Below, piece after piece: positions 9,798-19,406 of a stretch of DNA of 64,000 nt. The number at the start of each line of letters is the position of its first letter. Position 1 is the first letter of the stretch. Origin of the DNA: an uncultured delta proteobacterium (GTDB lineage: Bacteria > Desulfobacterota > Desulfomonilia > Desulfomonilales > Desulfomonilaceae); NCBI GenBank assembly GCA_963789265.1, contig CAWBKB010000003.1, forward strand, positions 384,001-448,000, given 5' to 3'. The notes under the pieces are model-generated. The model did no database searches. It was not told where the DNA came from and saw nothing but the letters and a program-made list of their open reading frames with translations. The position numbers were made by a program, and so were the translations under genes.

Positions 9798-10880
9798 ATG
9801 GCAAATACTGATGTGGTCGAGTCCCTGCCCTCGTTGCTGGTGACTGCTGTCGGCAGCTTGCCTCATAGCGATCCGAACCAAGCGGTGGATCTTGTCCTCG
9901 AAAGCCTGATAACCGCGCCGCACGTGCCGCAGCTTTCCCAGGCGGATCTTCGGGAACAGATGTGGATACAATGCACCGAAGGTTTGCCCCGCTTCCGGCT
10001 GGATTCAGAAAATCTGTCCTATCATTTTGATACATCCGGCGACCCGGGCGCTGAAGTGGAGCAGTTCTACACCGTGTATCTAGAGATCATGGATGGGGCA
10101 CCGGCAGATCATTTTGCCATTGGGCCGGAGTACGGGAAAGGCATACATTGTTTTCTGGAGAGAATTCGTCAGGAGAGGAAGCGGCGCCCATTCATAAAGG
10201 TCCAGGTCACGGGTCCTCTGAGCTTCGCGCTGACAGTGACCGATGAGAACAAAAGAGCCATTTTCTATCACCCCGTTTTTCGCGATATAGCTGTTAAGGG
10301 TATGGGATTAAAGGCAATCTGGCTGATGGAACAATTCAAGCCATTTGCGGACAACGTGCTGGTCTTTTTCGATGAACCGAGTTTGAGCGCGTACGGCTCG
10401 TCCGCTTTTCTTGCTCTTTCAAAGAACGATGTGATCGAGTCCCTCCAGGACGTCATCTCAATGGTACAGGAGCGCGGCGGCATTCCCGGAGTCCATTGCT
10501 GCGGAAATACCGACTGGGGGATGCTCATGGAGACCTCAACTCGCATCATTAATTTCGATGCCATTGACTACATGGAGTCGATGTCTCTGTACGGACCGCA
10601 ACTATCTGCTTTTTTGGCACGTGGTGGCGTATTGGGATGGGGGGCGGTACCCAACACTGAGAAAGTCCTGGATGAGACAGCCGACGGTGTGCTGAGAAGA
10701 ATAGCTGGAGGAATCGAATTGCTGGAAAGCGCAGGAGTCGATCGGTCGGTTTTGACTGAAAAGATTCTCGTGACTCCAGCGTGTGGCTGCGCGGGTATGA
10801 CCGTCCGGCAATCGGAAAAGGTATACGAGATCCTGGCGGAACTTAATGCGAAATCGGCTGACAATATATTCGGCCACTGA
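9798..10880 (+). CDS. Core (single-domain) MetE-like methionine synthase
   Basis: TAVGSLPH, KVQVTGPLSF, FFDEPSL, GVHCCGNTDW, WGAVP, TPACGC (Zn ligands HxC and C). Confidence 0.8.
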   Translation: MANTDVVESLPSLLVTAVGSLPHSDPNQAVDLVLESLITAPHVPQLSQADLREQMWIQCTEGLPRFRLDSENLSYHFDTSGDPGAEVEQFYTVYLEIMDGAPADHFAIGPEYGKGIHCFLERIRQERKRRPFIKVQVTGPLSFALTVTDENKRAIFYHPVFRDIAVKGMGLKAIWLMEQFKPFADNVLVFFDEPSLSAYGSSAFLALSKNDVIESLQDVISMVQERGGIPGVHCCGNTDWGMLMETSTRIINFDAIDYMESMSLYGPQLSAFLARGGVLGWGAVPNTEKVLDETADGVLRRIAGGIELLESAGVDRSVLTEKILVTPACGCAGMTVRQSEKVYEILAELNAKSADNIFGH

Positions 10881-10898
10881 GCGAAGAAAGGGTTTGTA

Positions 10899-11669
10899 AT
10901 GGGATCAACACTGGCGGTTGCAGGAAAAGGAGGAGTCGGCAAGACTTCGATAACTGCACTGATTATTAAAGCCTTGATAGAAGCCGGTAAGAATCCCCTT
11001 CTAGCCATAGATGGAGATTCCAACTCGAACCTGCATGAAGTCCTTGGGATCAAGAATCCCCGAAGCGTCGGCTGCGTTCGCGAAGATACCAGGAAAATGG
11101 GAGAAAATATTCCCGGCGGAATGACCAAGGATCGTTTTATGGAATACCAAATCCAGGCATCCCTGGAAGAGACCAAAAATCTTGATTTCCTCTCGATGGG
11201 TCGCCCGGAAGGTCCGGGTTGCTACTGCATGGCAAATAATATCTTGCGTGAAATAATTTCTAAACTGACGTCCAACTACTCGTATGTGATTATCGACAAC
11301 GAGGCGGGCATGGAACACCTTTCCCGTCGAACTGAAGAAGAAGTGGATCATCTTTTCATCATCTCGGATCCGGTTCCCCGGAGTCTCCGCACGATCGGTC
11401 GTATTGTCGAGCTGATTGACGAACTGGGAGGCCGTATTCACAACAAGCATCTCGTCTTGAGCCGGGTACAAGGGTCACCTGAAGATTTACCCGAGATGAC
11501 GCGAAAGGAGATCGCGGCCTTACCTTATCCCCCGGAGGGACTGATCCCTTACGACGATACGCTTGTAAGTCTTGATCTTCAGGGGCAGGCTCTTTTGAAG
11601 ATTTCGCCGGAAGCGCCTTCGTACAAGGCCGTCAAAGAGATGCTCGAGCAGTTGGGAATACTCAACTGA
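10899..11669 (+). CDS. cooC: CooC/AcsF-type nickel-insertion ATPase (CODH/ACS maturation)
   Basis: AGKGGVGKT, MGRPEGPGCYC, IIDNEAGMEHLSR. Confidence 0.9.
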   Translation: MGSTLAVAGKGGVGKTSITALIIKALIEAGKNPLLAIDGDSNSNLHEVLGIKNPRSVGCVREDTRKMGENIPGGMTKDRFMEYQIQASLEETKNLDFLSMGRPEGPGCYCMANNILREIISKLTSNYSYVIIDNEAGMEHLSRRTEEEVDHLFIISDPVPRSLRTIGRIVELIDELGGRIHNKHLVLSRVQGSPEDLPEMTRKEIAALPYPPEGLIPYDDTLVSLDLQGQALLKISPEAPSYKAVKEMLEQLGILN

Positions 11670-11706
11670 AGCTCTGAAGATACTGTGCACGGGGATAGCG
11701 CGTCCA

Positions 11707-11839
11707 TTCACTTACGTGCGGCAAAGGATTGTCATTGCGAGCGGAGTGAAGCAATCTCTTCCTTCAAACGGCGCTTAGATTGCTTCGTCGTTTCACTCCT
11801 CGCAATGACAGGAGCCCAAAGATTCCCCGCGTAAGTGAA
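11707..11839. repeat. Nested palindromic element (GTCATTGCGAG...CTCGCAATGAC type)
   Basis: TGTCATTGCGAG..GAAGCAATCT / AGATTGCTTC..CTCGCAATGACA arms inside an outer TTCACTTACG / CGTAAGTGAA inverted repeat. Confidence 0.75.
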
Positions 11840-11865
11840 GGAATACGGGATAGCCGCGAAAATTC

Positions 11866-11893
11866 TTGACTTCCCTCACTCCCGCCCTATAAT
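11866..11893 (+). promoter_or_regulatory. Sigma70-type promoter
   Basis: TTGACT-16 nt-TATAAT upstream of 11979. Confidence 0.65.
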
Positions 11894-11978
11894 AGAAACT
11901 GAATCTTTATTTAATTTGCTCGAGGTTCTTGGGCCACGAACTCTCACATGTGGTTTTGGAGTTTGTAGGGAGTGTGAA

Positions 11979-12188
11979 ATGGTGTATACGGATGCCCAAG
12001 CTTGGCTGGATGCTCACGAGCTTATCGAGTGCAAGCCTTTAAAGGGTCGCTGGACCCGTGAGACCTGCCTTGAAATCTCCAGGAGGGTCCGCAAGGTGCC
12101 TAGAAATGCGAAATCTCAGGTGAATGTGGCAGCAGCCAGGACCCTGCCGTGTGCCAATTGCCCAATTCTCGCCGCGCTCGAAAAATAG
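11979..12188 (+). CDS. Small four-Cys putative metal-binding protein (69 aa)
   Basis: AGGGAG RBS and promoter; WLD..C...KGRW....C...PCANC; paralog at 23879. Confidence 0.7.
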   Translation: MVYTDAQAWLDAHELIECKPLKGRWTRETCLEISRRVRKVPRNAKSQVNVAAARTLPCANCPILAALEK

Positions 12189-12328
12189 CAATTCCCTGTG
12201 ATTACAAATGGATGAAGGAAGCGCTCTTTGGTGCTCGTGGGCTGCTATAGCAAGCGCCCGCATGTAGTGAACTGTGTCAAAAACTACTCTTAAAGAGACT
12301 TTTACTAGTTTGCAATCAAACGCTAAAA

Positions 12329-12439
12329 ACAGCACGGATCTGACAAAGCCTCCCGCGGGACGCGGGATGGCACCCGGAACCTCATGAATAGATGTCGGGT
12401 GCCACTGACCTGAGCGCCGTTAAGGGGCCGGGTCAGTGC
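12329..12439 (+). repeat. About 110-bp structured intergenic repeat, copy 1
   Basis: About 90% identical by eye to the reverse complement of 36315..36424; three hairpins. Confidence 0.85.
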
Positions 12440-12539
12440 CGTGTGCCGATTTTCACTTATTTGGGGAGCGAACTAGTATTACGCTCGGGTAAAGATTCCT
12501 CTGTGAGTGAAACATTACGAGCACTTCTGAGACGACGAA

Positions 12540-15461
12540 CTAAGACGGGTCGGAAGTGATCGTTTCGATTTGTTCCCTTACTATCTTCTCTACAGCGCCC
12601 AAAAGCTTCAAATTGATTTCTTCGCGCAGAATATCCACAATTTCTTCTCTCTTGGGAAGCAATCCTCTGGTCCTCTCGTCGAAAAGGCCCCGTGACACGC
12701 TCTCAAGCCATACCCGTTCAGGCAACGAATTCTGGATTGCCTCTGCAATGCCATGTCCCAGAGTTTCCTGGAATCGCTCCTTTTCAGGGAGTGCACTTTT
12801 GATGGTCTCCAAAATCCGGTCTGTCCCGGGAAAGAGCTTGTCGATCAGTGCGCTTGGATCCACTTCGGTGACGATACGTTCAACTCTCTGCTCCAGCATT
12901 GAATGAAACGTAGCTCTAAGTTCTTCTTTTCCGGGGAGGAGGGATGAAAGGTGATCGTCGATTCGCGCAACCGCGCCGTCAGGCGACGTCAGGAACTCTA
13001 GCGATTCATCAACCCTGCTCATGATCCGATCCGCCGTTGGAATGGCCTGTAAAGCGGAATTCAGCCGCTCATTCACAATGTCGGCAGACGGCAGGGCAGC
13101 AAAAGCATTATCGAGGCGTATGCGAATATACTCTTGCGACGGCATGCCACGAAGGGCCGTATCCACACGTTCAGCGACCAACTCCGGCGATATTGCCTTT
13201 GCAAGCGCCGTGTCCAAGGCTTCTTTTACAAAGTCCCGCAAAGGCACATCCTGGAACGCTCCTTGCATTATCCTTTTCAACTCGTCGTAAGAAAAGAATT
13301 TTGCAACAGTTTCCTGGAATCTCTTGCTCAATTCGTCGCGAGGCAGCAAGGATAGAAGCCCTCTCTCCAGGCGCTCTCCGACCATTGAGCGCGAGGGGAG
13401 CACGGCCTGTATAGCGCGATCCACTCGCTCGGCGATTTCGTGTTCAGACGGCAAAGATCGCCTGAGGATCTCGTCAACTCTCGAAAAGATATCCTCACGA
13501 GTTGGTAGAGAGCCTGCAAGGTTCCGAACTATACTGTCCAACACCTCTTGTTTCGTTGGGAGAGACGATTGCAGGGCTCGTGAGACAGTTCCGGAAAATT
13601 CAGCTTTATCCGGTTGAGGCGTGAACTCCAAAGAGGGGGGCATTGTTTCCGGTAAAGCCGAGGCAGCACGTAGCGGTTCATGTACTGGAGTTGTGGAAGG
13701 CTTTGCACGAGCAGCTTCTTCACTCTCTCTCGCCAGGCCCGCAATCTTGCCGGCCGCTGCTGCCACGGCTCCTGCCGCAAGTGTTCCTCCAGCGACACCC
13801 GCAATTGTCTCAGCCATCGTGGGGCCGGGGGCAACCGTCGGTCGCTTCTTCGGAATCTCTTCGATCTCGTCCTCCAAGGAAATTTCGTCGAACGAAATGT
13901 CTTCAGTCACTTCCAGCATGGGTTCTTCTTCTCGCGTATCAGCAAAGAGGATATCCTCAGCGGAAGCGGCATCAAGAGTAATTTCTTCAATCGGCGTTTC
14001 TCCGATAGCTGGAGTCTCATCCAAGGAGATTTCCTCGGGGGTCTCGTCAAGATCAAGAGAGACCTCTTCCAGGTTAAGGTCGCCCGTTTTCTCTTCAGGA
14101 AATCGCTCGGTGGGAAATTCTTCGGTAGGAAGTTCTTCTCCAAAGAACTCCTGGGTTGTTATCTCTTCTTCGCCTATTTCGTCTAGGGTCAGTTCGTCGG
14201 TAGGCTCGTAAGAAGAGCTTGCGATCTGCGGCGTTTCCAGCCCAAGCGTGATATCCCCGGAGTCGTCAATCTGGATTTCCTCAAGGTCTTCGTTGGCAAG
14301 GTGTTCCATTTCTTGATTTTCCACGGGAACAGTGTCGTCGAGATCGGTTCCGACGAGGCTCTCCTCCGGGGTGTGGAATGCCTCCAATTCCTCCATTTCT
14401 ATCTCTCTGATTTCAGAATCTTGCTCCAGGTCGATAACGTCAAATTCCGTAGAAGAGGACGCATCTTTTATAAGAGAGTCATCGTCCAGCATCAGGTCTT
14501 CTGAGGTGAGGACTTTTGACGGTTCCTGGACGTCCAAGATGTTACCGATCTCGGTAACATCAGCATCTATCTCGCTCATTTCCTTCGACGCGAATTCTTC
14601 GATGGGCTCTTCAGACTCGAGTTCCAGTCCCAAATCATCTACATCCATCTCCACCGTTACCGAATCTTTGGAACTGGCTCCAGCCTCGCTCGTGTCCTCA
14701 GTGTCAGATCCAAAATCAGGGAGAGTCACATGAGAATCGAGATCGATTTCCAACACTTCGGAGGAAAGAGTGGCACCCAGATCGGTCGGAACATCGGAAA
14801 CCAACTCAATGGTCGGCTCGTAAGCCTCATCATCATCAATCCCCATATCTTCGAGGTTGAGCCGAACCGTGTCTTCGTAGGTCTCATCCTTTGCCATCTC
14901 TTTTGTGTGGTCCAATTCGGCGATGAGCGTCCCCGTGTCGATTTCGACGGTGTCGCCCACTTCTGTAGGAAGTTCCTCCGAGTCCAGCGCCGCATTGGAC
15001 ATGGCCAGCAGTTCCTCTGTCATTTCGCCGGAATCCTCGTCCGTGAAGTCGATCATGATCTCTTCGTCAGCATTTTCACCGGCTATGCCGCTTCGCAGGC
15101 CTAGAAGAGACTCCACCGTGTCGTTCAGAGTGACTCCGTCGATTGGTTTGCTTAGATATCCGTCCGCTCCTGAAGTGCGGGCCTCGGCCGGTGGCGGGCC
15201 GCCGGGATCACCGGTCATCAGCAGAATAGGAATATGAGAAAAGTCTCTCGAACCCTTTATGCGCTGGACTAGACGCCACCCAGGTACATCCGTGAGTAGT
15301 GAGTTCAAGATAATCAGGTCGGGCTTGTGAGTTTTAATAGCTTCCTTAAGTTCTCCGGAACTGGAAACATTTATAAATTCATTATCTTCTTGCACAAGAG
15401 AGCGCTTTACCGCTTCCTGGCTTTTAGGGTCTTTGTCGGCCACGACGATCCGGTAGGACAT
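12540..15461 (-). CDS. Atypical response regulator: receiver domain, long acidic region and helical repeats (RomR-like architecture)
   Basis: N-terminal REC (PDLIILN, YLSKP); D/E-rich middle; repeated LP[ST]xExIxxRxxxAL units. Confidence 0.75.
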   Translation of the reverse strand: MSYRIVVADKDPKSQEAVKRSLVQEDNEFINVSSSGELKEAIKTHKPDLIILNSLLTDVPGWRLVQRIKGSRDFSHIPILLMTGDPGGPPPAEARTSGADGYLSKPIDGVTLNDTVESLLGLRSGIAGENADEEIMIDFTDEDSGEMTEELLAMSNAALDSEELPTEVGDTVEIDTGTLIAELDHTKEMAKDETYEDTVRLNLEDMGIDDDEAYEPTIELVSDVPTDLGATLSSEVLEIDLDSHVTLPDFGSDTEDTSEAGASSKDSVTVEMDVDDLGLELESEEPIEEFASKEMSEIDADVTEIGNILDVQEPSKVLTSEDLMLDDDSLIKDASSSTEFDVIDLEQDSEIREIEMEELEAFHTPEESLVGTDLDDTVPVENQEMEHLANEDLEEIQIDDSGDITLGLETPQIASSSYEPTDELTLDEIGEEEITTQEFFGEELPTEEFPTERFPEEKTGDLNLEEVSLDLDETPEEISLDETPAIGETPIEEITLDAASAEDILFADTREEEPMLEVTEDISFDEISLEDEIEEIPKKRPTVAPGPTMAETIAGVAGGTLAAGAVAAAAGKIAGLARESEEAARAKPSTTPVHEPLRAASALPETMPPSLEFTPQPDKAEFSGTVSRALQSSLPTKQEVLDSIVRNLAGSLPTREDIFSRVDEILRRSLPSEHEIAERVDRAIQAVLPSRSMVGERLERGLLSLLPRDELSKRFQETVAKFFSYDELKRIMQGAFQDVPLRDFVKEALDTALAKAISPELVAERVDTALRGMPSQEYIRIRLDNAFAALPSADIVNERLNSALQAIPTADRIMSRVDESLEFLTSPDGAVARIDDHLSSLLPGKEELRATFHSMLEQRVERIVTEVDPSALIDKLFPGTDRILETIKSALPEKERFQETLGHGIAEAIQNSLPERVWLESVSRGLFDERTRGLLPKREEIVDILREEINLKLLGAVEKIVREQIETITSDPS

Positions 15462-15864
15462 GGCGACCTCGCCTTTTTTTATCTAAAAAATACAACCAAT
15501 TCACCCTAAATGTCAAGTCAATTCAAGGTTACAACTATGTCTCTTTCGCAAGGAAATCTATGGCGGAGGAACGTTATCCTTGATAGAATGTCTTTGAGTT
15601 TAATCGTAAGTTTTCAAGATCCGGATAACAAGCCGCTGAAATTCGTCCGCCGGAAAGAATCATCTTCCTGCCATTTCGATCGGCCGGTGTTGATATCCAG
15701 AATTTTTGATAGACTATCTAAGAAGCTTCTTGCCTCACACATGAGCGATAGCTAAAAAGTGGCTTCATGTTAGCAGGTTAAGCAACCGTAACCAAGGTAA
15801 AAACTTGACTTGGTCTTCGTTATAGATTAAGAAAATACTTGATTCGAAGAAAGGAGAAATCGCT

Positions 15865-16611
15865 ATGCTCGAGGCCTTTGCCACGGCATTGCCCCAACAC
15901 ACGTTTCATCAACAAGGCATGTTCGAAATCGTTATGGGCGCCGGATGGGTAGTGAAAGGTGTGATGCTCGTACTCCTCTTGTTTTCCATAATATGCTGGG
16001 GGATCATTTTAACCAAAGCAATCACGTTGTCCCACGCTCGCAAGGATACTCAACTCTTTTTCGACGCATTTCGTGAATCGCGCAAATTCTCCCTTTTATA
16101 CGCAGAGGCTAAACAATTCACGTTCAGCCCTCTTGCCCATGTTTTCAAAGCGGGTTACGCCGAACTAAATCGGTTGTCTCGGATACAGCAGGCCGCTCAG
16201 AGTTCCGCGGATTCCACGCAAGAGCCGGAGTACGAACGAACGGGCATGGATAATGTGACGCGTTCGCTCCAGCAGGCTGTAACCGCAGAGAGGAGTCGTC
16301 TCGAACGAGGCGTGAACTTTCTGGCCACCACGGGCTCATCTGCTCCTTTCATCGGTCTATTCGGGACTGTTTGGGGAATCATGGAGTCCTTTCGCCGGAT
16401 AGGTGTCATGAAGAGTGCATCGCTGGCAGTAGTGGCACCGGGAATAGCCGAGGCATTGATCGCTACCGCTGCAGGTTTGGCAGCGGCAATTCCTGCGGTT
16501 ATTTTTTACAACTATTTTCTGAGCCGCATCAACACGATCTCCGGCGAAATGGATAACTTTTCTTCGGAACTGATAAATATAATTGAGCGGATTTACTGGG
16601 CGAGAAAATAA
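15865..16611 (+). CDS. tolQ: TolQ
   Basis: FLATTGSSAPFIGLFGTVWGIM, APGIAEALIATAAGL. Confidence 0.95.
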   Translation: MLEAFATALPQHTFHQQGMFEIVMGAGWVVKGVMLVLLLFSIICWGIILTKAITLSHARKDTQLFFDAFRESRKFSLLYAEAKQFTFSPLAHVFKAGYAELNRLSRIQQAAQSSADSTQEPEYERTGMDNVTRSLQQAVTAERSRLERGVNFLATTGSSAPFIGLFGTVWGIMESFRRIGVMKSASLAVVAPGIAEALIATAAGLAAAIPAVIFYNYFLSRINTISGEMDNFSSELINIIERIYWARK

Positions 16612-16665
16612 CCGTGCGCATCTGCCCGCTCCACTTCTGCGCTTAGGTGCGCTAAGGAGTAATTG

Positions 16666-17100
16666 ATGGCTTTTAGCATGAGTTCACAGAGAAGAACAGC
16701 AATGGCGGAGATCAACGTCACTCCGCTCGTTGACGTTATGCTGGTCCTGCTCATCATCTTCATGGTTACTGCCCCTATGATGCAAGAAGGTGTTTCAGTG
16801 GAACTGCCTCAGGCGAAGGGGGCACCCATTAGTAAAGAGCAGCAGGCGAAAGATGTCGTTATATCTGTTTCCGGTCAAGGGAATATTTTTGTCAACGATC
16901 AGGCAGTGCAGGAAGACAAACTCCCGCAGAAGATTGTTGATGTGACCAAAGACCAGCCAGCTAGAGAAGTATATCTTCGTGCAGACAAAACTGTACCTTA
17001 TGGTACGGTGGTCCGCATTATGGGAGCGCTAAAGAGCGCAGGAATAGCTAACCTCGGGATGATAACGACCCCCCAAGAAGAATCTAAGCCTGTAAAATGA
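16666..17100 (+). CDS. tolR: TolR
   Basis: AEINVTPLVDVMLVLLIIFMVTAPM, LRADKTVPYG. Confidence 0.95.
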   Translation: MAFSMSSQRRTAMAEINVTPLVDVMLVLLIIFMVTAPMMQEGVSVELPQAKGAPISKEQQAKDVVISVSGQGNIFVNDQAVQEDKLPQKIVDVTKDQPAREVYLRADKTVPYGTVVRIMGALKSAGIANLGMITTPQEESKPVK

Positions 17101-17966
17101 CAGTCATTTATGCCAGATCCGCCGCTGCGGCCTCGCCGTGGGGACTCCTGCTCTCGGTGTGTCTTCACGGCTTGGCATTTCTGGCGGTAATCATCCTGGC
17201 ATTTCCCCTCTCTAAAGCGAACAAACCGGTGGATGAAGTCATCAGCCATGTGAAGCTTGTGGAGTTCAACACACGTCCACCGGTTGCCGAGCAAATCCAG
17301 GCCGGCCCGGCCCAGGCTACAAACGTTCACTCGCCCGAAGTCCTTACCCAGGCGGAACAGCATGAAAAGAGTCCGGAGAAATCACGCGCAACTGTAAAAG
17401 CCAGGACCATAGGCTCTCAGACTCGAAATGTCATCGCTATGAAGAAACGCAAAAGGCCTCTCCGCCGGGTTGAAGCCGCCAAAGAGCCCGACAAGAAGAA
17501 GTCAGAAGTCAAAAGCGCCAAGACCAAAGAGAGCTCACAGTCTTTCCTGGAAAAGCGTCTGGCAGCCATTCGTCGGGAAGTTGACAGCAAAAAAGCCGAA
17601 GCTGGACCCTCACAATTCTCCCAACCTCCCGGGCTGCCCGGCGAGAAAAACAGCGGCTCCTCGATTGACGCAAAGGCTGTTCGCTGGTTCAATAGTGTCC
17701 GGACCACCATAAATTCCCATTGGTCCATTCTTGTAGACGATCGGCAACTGGAAAGAGTGACCATTATCGGGGTAAGAATAGCCGATAACGGTAGCCTCAT
17801 GGACGCCTCCGTAGATGAAAGCTCCGGCGACCGTGTATTTGACCGGTCTGCAATGAGAGCCGTCTTTCAGGCGGCCCCATTTCCGCCTGTTCCCTTAGAA
17901 GTCAAGGAGAAGATCAGCAAAGCAGGCGGGCTCGCCTTCCGATTCACACCCAAAGGCATGCAATGA
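17097..17966 (+). CDS. tolA: TolA (TonB-C family) protein
   Basis: N-terminal TM with SxxLH, Lys/Glu-rich linker, SSGDRVFDRSAMRAV; operon position. Confidence 0.85.
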   Translation: MTVIYARSAAAASPWGLLLSVCLHGLAFLAVIILAFPLSKANKPVDEVISHVKLVEFNTRPPVAEQIQAGPAQATNVHSPEVLTQAEQHEKSPEKSRATVKARTIGSQTRNVIAMKKRKRPLRRVEAAKEPDKKKSEVKSAKTKESSQSFLEKRLAAIRREVDSKKAEAGPSQFSQPPGLPGEKNSGSSIDAKAVRWFNSVRTTINSHWSILVDDRQLERVTIIGVRIADNGSLMDASVDESSGDRVFDRSAMRAVFQAAPFPPVPLEVKEKISKAGGLAFRFTPKGMQ

Positions 17967-19369
17967 AGCGTAAGTCTCCCAAGGGCAATTGTCGCCCAGG
18001 ATTGTCCAGGGACTCAACCCAGAATGTTTCAAAGGCCATATCGGAGAGCAGCGTAAGCCCCGGCAGAAAAATCGGCAAACTTACCATCGGGGGCCGTCTG
18101 AAGACGCTGTTTTGCCTTATTTCGCTCGTGTCAATGGTCGCCTGGCCGGTTCAATCTCATTGCAAACTCTTTCTGGATCTGGAAAATCCGAATTCGGCAA
18201 AGATGCCCATAGCAGTACCGGACTTCGTTGGCCAAGGACCGGCCTCCCTCAATGGGCACGACCTGGCTAGAATAATCAAAAACGATCTGTACCTTACAGG
18301 ACTTTTCGACATTGTAGAGGGTTTACCATCGAGTTCGCATAATCTCACGGATCCCCCGGATTTTGATAGCTGGTCCCAAATCGGCGCCCAAGCGCTGATA
18401 CTGGGAAGCTTCCAAGTGAGAGGCGATGAATTGGTCGTAGAGGCCCAGCTCTATGACGTCGCCCTAAAGAGACTTGAGTTGGGCAAACGCTACACCGGTA
18501 GAAAGAACTATTATCGCACCATGATCCACAAATTCGGGGATCGCGTTATGGAAAAACTTACAAACGTTCCTGGCTGCTTCACCACTCAAATCGCTTTCGT
18601 GGGGGCCGGCCGATCCCGAGAAATTTTCAGCATGGATTTCGACGGCCATAACTTGTGGCAGATTACTCGAACGGGGAGCATAAATCTCTCCCCTGAATGG
18701 TCGCCGACCGGGCGAGGTATGATATTCACTTCTTATATGAATCGTAAGCCTGACCTATGGGGAGTGGATTTAGCCACTCTGAAGCCGTACGTAATATCCG
18801 CTCGGCCTGGGCTCAACGCTTCTGGGCGGTACTCATACGATAGTAAGTTCATTGCATTATCTATGAGTTTTAAAGGAACACCTAAGATATTTATCATAAC
18901 ACCGCAAGGACAAATTATAAAAGAGTTGACGTCTGGCAGAGGAAATGATATCTCTCCCACATGGTCGCCCGATGGATCGGCCATCGCCTATGTTTCGGAT
19001 CAAGTAGGGACTCCACAGATCTATATTATTCCGGTGAATGGCGGTGAACCGAGACGCCTTACCCTGCAAGGCAACTACAATACTGATCCGAAGTGGTCGC
19101 CACGAGGAGATTTATTGGCTTTCACCGCCCGTATCAAGGGACGGTTTCAGATATGCACCATAAGAACGGATGGCACCGACTTGCGGGTGCTGACCGGAGC
19201 CGGGTCAAATCAAGCGCCGACCTGGTCGCCCGACGGCAGGATGATAGCTTTTCAATCCAACAGGGATGGAAGAAAGCTGATCTACGTCATGGACGCCCGT
19301 GGAGAGATCCAGGTCCCGGTCTCACCCATCACGGGGAGGGCGCCCGCTTGGTCTCGGACAGGTCGATAA
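17963..19369 (+). CDS. tolB: TolB beta-propeller protein (start uncertain)
   Basis: MPIAVPDF N-domain; repeated PxWSPDG (PD40) units. Confidence 0.93.
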   Translation: MKRKSPKGNCRPGLSRDSTQNVSKAISESSVSPGRKIGKLTIGGRLKTLFCLISLVSMVAWPVQSHCKLFLDLENPNSAKMPIAVPDFVGQGPASLNGHDLARIIKNDLYLTGLFDIVEGLPSSSHNLTDPPDFDSWSQIGAQALILGSFQVRGDELVVEAQLYDVALKRLELGKRYTGRKNYYRTMIHKFGDRVMEKLTNVPGCFTTQIAFVGAGRSREIFSMDFDGHNLWQITRTGSINLSPEWSPTGRGMIFTSYMNRKPDLWGVDLATLKPYVISARPGLNASGRYSYDSKFIALSMSFKGTPKIFIITPQGQIIKELTSGRGNDISPTWSPDGSAIAYVSDQVGTPQIYIIPVNGGEPRRLTLQGNYNTDPKWSPRGDLLAFTARIKGRFQICTIRTDGTDLRVLTGAGSNQAPTWSPDGRMIAFQSNRDGRKLIYVMDARGEIQVPVSPITGRAPAWSRTGR

Positions 19370-19406
19370 TGAGGGGAGGGATGCGGTTAGAAAGGAGAAC
19401 ACATTC

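Noticed and set aside
12329..12439. c-di-GMP-I riboswitch (ACAAAGCCTCC resemblance)
   Set aside because: GNRA tetraloop/receptor architecture is absent, and both copies lie between convergent 3' ends rather than in 5' leaders.
12556..15237. Many Ser-rich plus-strand ORFs
   Set aside because: Antisense shadows of the Glu/Asp-rich 973-aa gene; the same applies to most overlapping ORFs in the track.
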